The notes below the pieces were generated by a model, which did no database searches, was not told where the DNA came from, and worked only from the letters and a program-made list of their open reading frames with translations. From positions 1 to 33,967 of the forward strand of contig JAOPTX010000110.1 of the NCBI GenBank assembly GCA_051532055.1: a stretch of DNA of 33,967 bases. The letters run 5' to 3'. Source of the stretch: Fibrobacterales bacterium (GTDB lineage Bacteria > Fibrobacterota > Fibrobacteria > Fibrobacterales > JAOPTW01). Both the position numbers and the translations under genes were made by a program. This document shows, piece after piece, positions 27,469 to 33,967 of the stretch; the first letter of the stretch is position 1, and each line of letters opens with the position of its first letter.

Positions 27469-29313
27469 ATGAGTACATTAAAAAAGATAGTTCCCGCAGT
27501 GTTTATAACACTGTTACTACTGGCACCAGGGGCTTCTGCTCAAACCTATACCAATATTTCGGTGAATAGATCACAAACGGCATCGTCATATCGATATCAT
27601 TCTAACGGATACGAGTATATTGCCATTAACGGTAATGACAATAACAATGGGGGTACCCACTGGGAATCAGAGGCTCAAGACAATGAATGGTTTCAAATTG
27701 ACCTTGGTACTGTTCAAAATCTTGGAAAGTTTAAAATATATTGGGAAACTCGGTATTATGCGGTGACGTATGAAATAGTAACATCTCTGGATGGAACCAA
27801 CTGGACTGTTGCTGAACAGGTCACCAATGGTGTAGGGAATACCCTTGAATTTTATGGATCGTATGGGAGTGCTCGGTATGTAAAACTGAACCTGCTCACT
27901 AGGTCAAATAGTTCTCGAGGCTTTTCATTCTATGAATTTAAAGCGTATAAAACAGAAGTGCCTGTCGCAAAAACAACATCAGTGAGTTGGCTTGGAGAGC
28001 TTGCGGCATATCCTGAGATTGAATCAGCAGGGAATGGTATGGCATTTTTCCATTCGGGACTCAATCAGAGTTTTATTTATAATGATGGAGTATGGGATCA
28101 ATTTGCCATTGGAGAAACGGGAGCAACCGGTCCCATTGGAGCTGAAGGTGCGGAAGGGCTTGCTGGTATAGCTGGAGCCCAAGGATCCATTGGAGAAATT
28201 GGAGCAATGGGTGACACCGGACCAATGGGACCAGCAGGACCAGCAGGACCAATAGGACCAATAGGTGCGACAGGTGCAGTTGGACCAGCAGGTGCAACTG
28301 GAACAACAGGAGCGGTTGGAGCAACAGGCGCAGCAGGTGCAACGGGAGCAACGGGAGCAACGGGAGCAATTGGCGCAACAGGAGCAGCAGGCGCAACGGG
28401 TGCAACAGGGATAGCAATGTTGATGGGTGGCCTACCGCCAACTGCAGCTTTAGGAAGTGATGGAGATAAATATTTGGATTATAACGTGGGGATCTATTTC
28501 GAAAAAGTGGCAGGGACATGGAATGCGGTAAACATTCCTTTTGCGATCAAGCATAAACTCAGCAGTTATATGCGCGGGGTTGGAGTAACTGCTACACAGC
28601 TCTTTGATAATGGTCAGGGAGCAGCCTATGGGGACTTACGTGATGCGGGTTATTCTACAGGTGATCTTTACACTGCTGGTATTATCGGATCTTTTATTGA
28701 TGCACGGGATAGCGAGTCTTACAATTGGGTAAAAATTGCTTCACAAACTTGGATGTCTGAAAACCTAAACTACTCTGGCCATAATACCAGTAATGAAAAA
28801 GCATATACTACTGGCTATTGTTTTGATGCCACTGATCATTCGGAGAATGTAAACTGTACGACCTATGGTCGTCTCTATTCTTGGGCAGTGGCAAAGACTT
28901 CACCAGCCTCAGCTCCTGCTACACAGGGAGTGTGTCCTGATGGGTGGCACATGCCGAGTATGATTGATTGGGAGGTATTAGGAAATTATATTGCAGCTAA
29001 TCGAGATATTATAGACCACGATGATAATTCTGGAACCTGGTTGGATGTTGGAGAACATTTAAAGGCCCAAACGGAATGGTGGAGTGAGACTAATAACGAT
29101 ACCTATGGGTTTCAGGCACTTCCTGGAGGGTATCGTTTTGCTTCAGGTTACTCCACGCTTAAGAGAAATGAAGGTTTCTGGTGGTCAACTGATGAAGAAA
29201 GTACAGAACGAGCATATTTTTCTCATTTAGTGTCGATGCATGATGATTACCTTAAAGGTGATCATATAAAAACTACTCAGCGTTCAGTGCGCTGTCTAAA
29301 AAATATGCTATAA
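27469..29313 (+). CDS. Secreted F5/8 type C (discoidin) - collagen-like - FISUMP protein
   Basis: Signal peptide; THWES...EWFQIDLG, IYWE, SLDGTNWT and ARYVKL discoidin motifs; G-X-Y tract; FIDARD...QTWMSENLNY...CPDGWHMPS...SVRCLK. Confidence 0.9.
   Translation: MSTLKKIVPAVFITLLLLAPGASAQTYTNISVNRSQTASSYRYHSNGYEYIAINGNDNNNGGTHWESEAQDNEWFQIDLGTVQNLGKFKIYWETRYYAVTYEIVTSLDGTNWTVAEQVTNGVGNTLEFYGSYGSARYVKLNLLTRSNSSRGFSFYEFKAYKTEVPVAKTTSVSWLGELAAYPEIESAGNGMAFFHSGLNQSFIYNDGVWDQFAIGETGATGPIGAEGAEGLAGIAGAQGSIGEIGAMGDTGPMGPAGPAGPIGPIGATGAVGPAGATGTTGAVGATGAAGATGATGATGAIGATGAAGATGATGIAMLMGGLPPTAALGSDGDKYLDYNVGIYFEKVAGTWNAVNIPFAIKHKLSSYMRGVGVTATQLFDNGQGAAYGDLRDAGYSTGDLYTAGIIGSFIDARDSESYNWVKIASQTWMSENLNYSGHNTSNEKAYTTGYCFDATDHSENVNCTTYGRLYSWAVAKTSPASAPATQGVCPDGWHMPSMIDWEVLGNYIAANRDIIDHDDNSGTWLDVGEHLKAQTEWWSETNNDTYGFQALPGGYRFASGYSTLKRNEGFWWSTDEESTERAYFSHLVSMHDDYLKGDHIKTTQRSVRCLKNML
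28111..28416 (+). repeat. Collagen-like tract of 34 uninterrupted Gly-X-Y triplets, GAT-rich
   Basis: Counted from the translation, GET to GIA. Confidence 0.9.
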
Positions 29314-29340
29314 GTAAATAAGACTTATTTCTGTAGATAC

Positions 29341-29373
29341 AAAAAAAGGATGTCCATATGAGACATCCTTTTT
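29341..29373 (+). terminator. Intrinsic terminator, potentially bidirectional
   Basis: AAAAAGGATGTC-catatga-GACATCCTTTTT. Confidence 0.85.
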
Positions 29374-29558
29374 GAGTATACGGGAGTGCTCTTGCATTAG
29401 ATAGGGATTTATGGATGGATATCATATATGCTTATCGGTTTGTACTCATTCTATTCGCAAGTGTAAAATTGTCTTTGCATGTCTCCACCCTTATTGGCAT
29501 ACCGTGCTGGTGAATATATTATTAGTGAAACAGTGATCACCAATAGGGTAATTTGAAT

Positions 29559-31151
29559 ATGTTAGAACTTCGAAATGGAATCTCACTATTAGTATCGTTA
29601 AGTGTATTCAGTCTCATAATTGGATGTAGCAATACGGCAACTCCAGAAGAATCCTTATCAAGTAGTATTGAAAATGTCTCAGCTGGTGGTTCTGCGGAGA
29701 GTGGTATCTCGTCAGAGTCAAATAGTTCAGATTGGGGAACAGCAGAAGAGCCTTCATCTACCACTCAGGGTAATGCTCCTTCTTCTTCTTCTTCATCTTC
29801 CTCTTCTTCCTCTTCCTCTTCATTATCAATGAGCATCGGGGATGAACGTTCTGAATCGGATTCGGAATCAACGACTTCGAGTAGTGAAGAAAGTACTGGT
29901 GAAATAAAAGAGAAGGATGGTGAGAGTGATTATATATTGGGTGATGATGTAGAGCTCCGGACCTACAATATCATCATCGATCCAGACTCATTAGATAAAA
30001 TTAATGCAGTACCTCAGGATGAAATATATGTTATGGCGCACCTCGTGTTTGAAGGTGACACGATTAAAGATGTTCAAGTCAGATACAAAGGCGGTGCGGG
30101 AGCATGGTATCCATGTACAAATAATGCAGAAACCGGTTCCCCGTGGCCACCAGGGCCCAATCAGTGTGTTAAGCTCTCTACAAAAGTGAAGTTTAATACC
30201 GCGTGGGATCCTGACCGAAAGTTTTATGGCCTCAAAAAATTGCAGTTTCATCATATGCATCACTACGATAGTCAATTGCGTGATAGAGTAGTCTATTGGT
30301 TTCATCGGGCAATGGGGAATCCGGCTCCCCGAGCGGTACATGCACGGGTAGAGGTTAACGGGAAACTTTCTGGTCTCTATACCTTGGTGGAACAAATTGA
30401 TGGACGCTTTACGCGAGAGCGTTGGGACGATGGTGAAGGAAATATTTACAAAAATAATGCGCCCCTCTATGAAGGGGAATTGAGTGATGATGCAGCGCTC
30501 ATGGAAGTATTAAAAACGAATGAAGATGAAAATCCAGTATTCACCCAGTGGCAGACCTTTGAAAAAGAGCTTGATGCAGCAGACGACATTGATGCTATTA
30601 AAGCAGTCATTGCCAAATGGTGGGAGGTGCCACAACTGGTCAGTACTGTTATTACATCAATTGCCATGCGGCATTGGGATAGTCCTTATTTAAGAACAGC
30701 ACATGAAAATCATAACGCCTTCTGGTATTCTGATACAACCGAAAAAAAGCTCTATTCAATTCCTTGGGATATGGATAATGCACATCTCTCTATGTCGGGG
30801 TTCCCTAAAGAAATGTCAAAAGATCATATGGGTCCAGAAGATATTATTCCTGCATTACAGTGTGATAGTCCGGTCAATAACAAATTTATGGCTCACTGGC
30901 TCTGTTTCCCCGACGAAGTTAAAGGAGCGATAGATAGACTCCTTACTGATGTGTATCCACAGATTATGCCCTTAGTTAATAAGTGGAAGGCGGATATAGA
31001 AGACGTAACCTTAGAAGCCTTTGAAACTCATGGTGGAGGGTATCCAAAGAAAGCCCTCACTATTGAAGAGTGGGAAAAAGGGGTGAAACAGATGAAGGCA
31101 GCCTTGAATGATGGGAAGAGTCACGTTGAAAACTGGCGTGATGCTCTGTAG
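29559..31151 (+). CDS. CotH kinase-family lipoprotein with Ser-rich linker
   Basis: Lipobox IIGC; VRYKGG, KLSTKVKFN, FYGLKKL, APRAVHARVEVNG...GLYTLVEQID, GNIYK, HWD, HN and IPWDMD motifs. Confidence 0.88.
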   Translation: MLELRNGISLLVSLSVFSLIIGCSNTATPEESLSSSIENVSAGGSAESGISSESNSSDWGTAEEPSSTTQGNAPSSSSSSSSSSSSSSLSMSIGDERSESDSESTTSSSEESTGEIKEKDGESDYILGDDVELRTYNIIIDPDSLDKINAVPQDEIYVMAHLVFEGDTIKDVQVRYKGGAGAWYPCTNNAETGSPWPPGPNQCVKLSTKVKFNTAWDPDRKFYGLKKLQFHHMHHYDSQLRDRVVYWFHRAMGNPAPRAVHARVEVNGKLSGLYTLVEQIDGRFTRERWDDGEGNIYKNNAPLYEGELSDDAALMEVLKTNEDENPVFTQWQTFEKELDAADDIDAIKAVIAKWWEVPQLVSTVITSIAMRHWDSPYLRTAHENHNAFWYSDTTEKKLYSIPWDMDNAHLSMSGFPKEMSKDHMGPEDIIPALQCDSPVNNKFMAHWLCFPDEVKGAIDRLLTDVYPQIMPLVNKWKADIEDVTLEAFETHGGGYPKKALTIEEWEKGVKQMKAALNDGKSHVENWRDAL

Positions 31152-31258
31152 CCTCGGTAAATGATTTCATTGCCAAACCCTTAAAACTTGAGAAGTTGAG
31201 ACAAAATACTACATTCAAATAGTTAAGATGTCTGGGGCTATTCATTTAAGGGATTCAT

Positions 31259-32893
31259 ATGAAAGGGACTAGAGAAGTTTTTGTACTGCTGTGTGTAGTT
31301 ATAGTATTGGCTGCATGTTTTAATGAATCAAAAACCGGGAATACTGGGTTGGATACGAATCAGATTTCAAGCAGCACAATAATTCTTGGAATTTCTGTTC
31401 CATCTAGCTCTTCACAACAAGGAGTGAATAGTGGTACAGAGGGGACTGCTCCTTCGAGTAATTCCCACATAAACAGCTGGGGTGGATTTACTGATGATTA
31501 TATTGTATCACTTGCCCAAAACGAAAATGCAGTACTTGATAGCAACCCCTTGAACTGGAGTATTGAAGATGTACGAGCCTCAGTCAAGCCCTTTGAATTT
31601 TCTTCAAATCTGTTGTATGAGGTGATAGTACCTCATAAGGTATGGGCTGTAAATGACACAGTGGTGGATACAACGGGAAATATTAGTTTTGAGCGAGATA
31701 TACTCTATAATGACACCATATTATTAGTAAATACTCATGGGTGTGGAGTTGATGTATATGATCGTGTGAGCGGATCAGGTATTGAAGGTGAGTGGGAAAT
31801 GGTGAATTTAGCAATGGGAAAAGAGTATACTACTAAGCAAACGTGCCCCAAAATATACTCTGGTTTATTGACCCGTACTTATTATCAGGGTAAGAAACAG
31901 CGAATGGTGATCACACCAAATTCTATACATATTATAAATAGCTACTACCGAGAGTGTGCGCGAGATCATCACTCAAAATATTTTACTGCAGATCAGAATA
32001 CCTGTGATACTCTGGTCTACTCTTTGAATGGGCACAAACGGTACGATCGAATTTTCTCATTTATTGATGGAGAGCGTGTTGATAGTGAACGGTATGTTGG
32101 GGGAGCAGAGACGTGTCACTTAGAATTGGGTGACGCTGAACAAGAAGGGTACCTTGAAGAGAAAGATGCTTTTTATGAGTGTGTAAATACCTATTACGAT
32201 GGCGTAGCAGAGCATGAGCGTTTTGGACTAGATTGGGAGAACGTTGGTTGGGTTGATACCCGCCCTGAAACAGAATATGTAGATGCAGAGACTATTCGTG
32301 ATACCCGAGACAATCAGACTTACAAAATCGTCACTATTGGAGATCAAACGTGGATGGCAGAAAATCTTGCCTATGATAGTGGAGAGAAGAGTAGATGCTA
32401 TAATGATGATCCTGCATTGTGTGACAAATACGGGAGGCTCTATACTTGGTGGAATGGAATGAATAGAGTGACGTGGGAAGATAACGCTCCAGGTTTTAAG
32501 GCTGATATCTGTCCCAAAGGGTGGCATATACCTTCTCATGACGAGTGGGAAAAACTCGCTCGTTTTATTGCTATTGATAGTGGTGATACGGCGACATTTT
32601 ATGGTCGCTGGGATGCGGTTGGAAGGCACTTAAAGTCTACCAACGACTGGGTTGTTGTTGATGGAATCGAAGGGCTTGATTCCTATGGTTTTAATGCAGT
32701 ATCAACTGGTTCTTATGTGTATTCTTATACTGGACTGAATGAAGCTGGGTTTTGGTGGTCTAGTACGGAAACATCCCTTGGAGAGTCTATAGGGCGCTAT
32801 TTGAGTGAATTTGTAGATCATTTGAGTGCGCCAATAGAAAAGAAACGTAGTTATAAAGCCATACGGTGTGTAGAAGGGAGTGTGGCATATTGA
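31259..32893 (+). CDS. Lipoprotein with unknown central domain and C-terminal FISUMP domain
   Basis: Lipobox LAAC; DTRDNQTYKIVTIGDQTWMAENLAY, ICPKGWHIPS, DSYGFNA, FWWSSTE and IRCV motifs. Confidence 0.9.
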   Translation: MKGTREVFVLLCVVIVLAACFNESKTGNTGLDTNQISSSTIILGISVPSSSSQQGVNSGTEGTAPSSNSHINSWGGFTDDYIVSLAQNENAVLDSNPLNWSIEDVRASVKPFEFSSNLLYEVIVPHKVWAVNDTVVDTTGNISFERDILYNDTILLVNTHGCGVDVYDRVSGSGIEGEWEMVNLAMGKEYTTKQTCPKIYSGLLTRTYYQGKKQRMVITPNSIHIINSYYRECARDHHSKYFTADQNTCDTLVYSLNGHKRYDRIFSFIDGERVDSERYVGGAETCHLELGDAEQEGYLEEKDAFYECVNTYYDGVAEHERFGLDWENVGWVDTRPETEYVDAETIRDTRDNQTYKIVTIGDQTWMAENLAYDSGEKSRCYNDDPALCDKYGRLYTWWNGMNRVTWEDNAPGFKADICPKGWHIPSHDEWEKLARFIAIDSGDTATFYGRWDAVGRHLKSTNDWVVVDGIEGLDSYGFNAVSTGSYVYSYTGLNEAGFWWSSTETSLGESIGRYLSEFVDHLSAPIEKKRSYKAIRCVEGSVAY

Positions 32894-33030
32894 AGGGAGT
32901 ATAACCTCTCTATGTCCCCCCTAAGTCAAGTAAACACTATGGATTTACCTCACATTGTTTTACCTGACTTCTCACTCCTGAATCTCACAGTGCCCCCTGC
33001 ATCGATACCCTATTCTCATATGGCTCAACC

Positions 33031-33560
33031 CTATGCCAACCTTTCCTTTTGGCCCCTCACCTCAGTCTCAATCGCCTTCTTGTATTTATTTTTCAAATAC
33101 TGTCGTCTGCCATACGTTCTGTTAAACTCTTTACGTATTTCAGGGGAGTCTTGAAAGGCTACATCTACCCAGCCCTTAATCTCAACTTCAGATTGTCTCA
33201 ATGGTGTAAGAGCCTGATCTCGGATGTTTTTAGGATCAGTAGCTCGGGCTCTCTCTGCGAGGGCGAGGGTGTTGAGTTCACGGAGTTCTGTTACGAGGGC
33301 ATCAGCCTCATCCCAGAGGTTCTCATTAAAAATAACCGGGGAATTTTCCGGCATGCTGTGCGGGCCGAGACTGTATGATTGCTTTATGCGTCGTTGCTTT
33401 GGCAAACCCAAAGATCTTGAGTGCTTTTAAGTGATCGAGTGCAGACTTACCCAGTTCTTCTACTTCAAAGAGGTACGTATCAATACGCATAGAGGGGGGA
33501 GGGCGTAGTGGCCGGTTGCGCACTGATCTCGCCGACAATAAGATCGTAGCAGGGTTCAGG
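33031..33560 (-). pseudogene. Probable fragmented hypothetical gene (helical protein split over three frames)
   Basis: Consecutive protein-like segments in different frames: CYDLIVGEISAQP / PSMRIDTYLFEVEEL...FGF / FNENLWDEADAL...KNIRDQALTPLR...EIKGWVDVAF. Confidence 0.4.
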
Positions 33561-33774
33561 ACTATCAGGAGCCTTAGGGCTGCCCCCTTGGCTCAGGCCA
33601 ACATGTCTGCCTCACAAGTTCAGTCACTATAACGAGTGAAGGTGCTGCTTATATCTAGTAAGCATCGAGATCGAGCTGAACTGAATGTTTTACTTTGAAT
33701 AATGCATTATTTGTTCTCAATTTTATGCACAGATAACTCCTGAAAAAGTTGGTATTTATTGATATATTTGCTTA

Positions 33775-33967
33775 ATGGAAAGACCTGACTTATTCTCATA
33801 CCTCAATTTTAGAGAGCTTTTAAGCGATTTTTATGATTTTTATCATACAGAAGATAAAGCGTTTACAAAATCTCATATCTGTAAAATGATTGGACTTCCA
33901 AATTCAAGAAGTTATTTCAAGGATATTCTGAATGGGAAGATTCTCTCTGCTGTTAAAATTCCACTTA
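33775..33967 (+). CDS. TIGR02147-family (DUF4423-type) protein, N-terminal part, truncated by the window end
   Basis: Manual translation MERPDLFSYLNFRELLSDFYDFYHTEDKAFTKSHICKMIGLPNSRSYFKDILNGKILS fits the Y.D(Y/F)R..L.D.Y...F(S/T)...G..S.SY...I..GK HTH-like start; not in the ORF track because there is no stop. Confidence 0.85.
   Translation, partial: MERPDLFSYLNFRELLSDFYDFYHTEDKAFTKSHICKMIGLPNSRSYFKDILNGKILSAVKIPL

Noticed and set aside
28073..28519. Leu-rich 148-aa ORF on the minus strand
   Set aside because: Antisense shadow of the collagen repeat

Overview
Accessory, cell-surface-rich region of an AT-rich bacterium, very probably Fibrobacterota: it has five FISUMP (Fib_succ_major) domains in four genes, a fibro-slime lipoprotein, many Ser-linker lipoproteins and a TIGR02147-type gene cut by the right edge. 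No rRNA, tRNA, CRISPR array, integrase or transposase was recognised. The best candidate for an undescribed system is at 6353-12930. A tightly coupled operon (ECF sigma, single-pass anti-sigma-like protein, exported caspase-family protease with intact His/Cys dyad, tandem-module lipoprotein) sits head-to-head with a ricin-FN3-PHP hydrolase gene, and the same ECF-type promoter GGAACT-TTTTA-N11-CGTA points into both directions. Other highlights are an MNT-HEPN toxin-antitoxin pair bracketed by a direct repeat of the 3' end of a truncated-globin gene, an ECF42/YciI module with a duplicated promoter-like motif, a pacifastin-like mini-lipoprotein, divergent S8-FISUMPx2 and discoidin-collagen-FISUMP genes, a (TTGT)12/G14 intergenic element and a probable pseudogene near the right end. 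Family calls come from motif recognition by eye; no database search was run.
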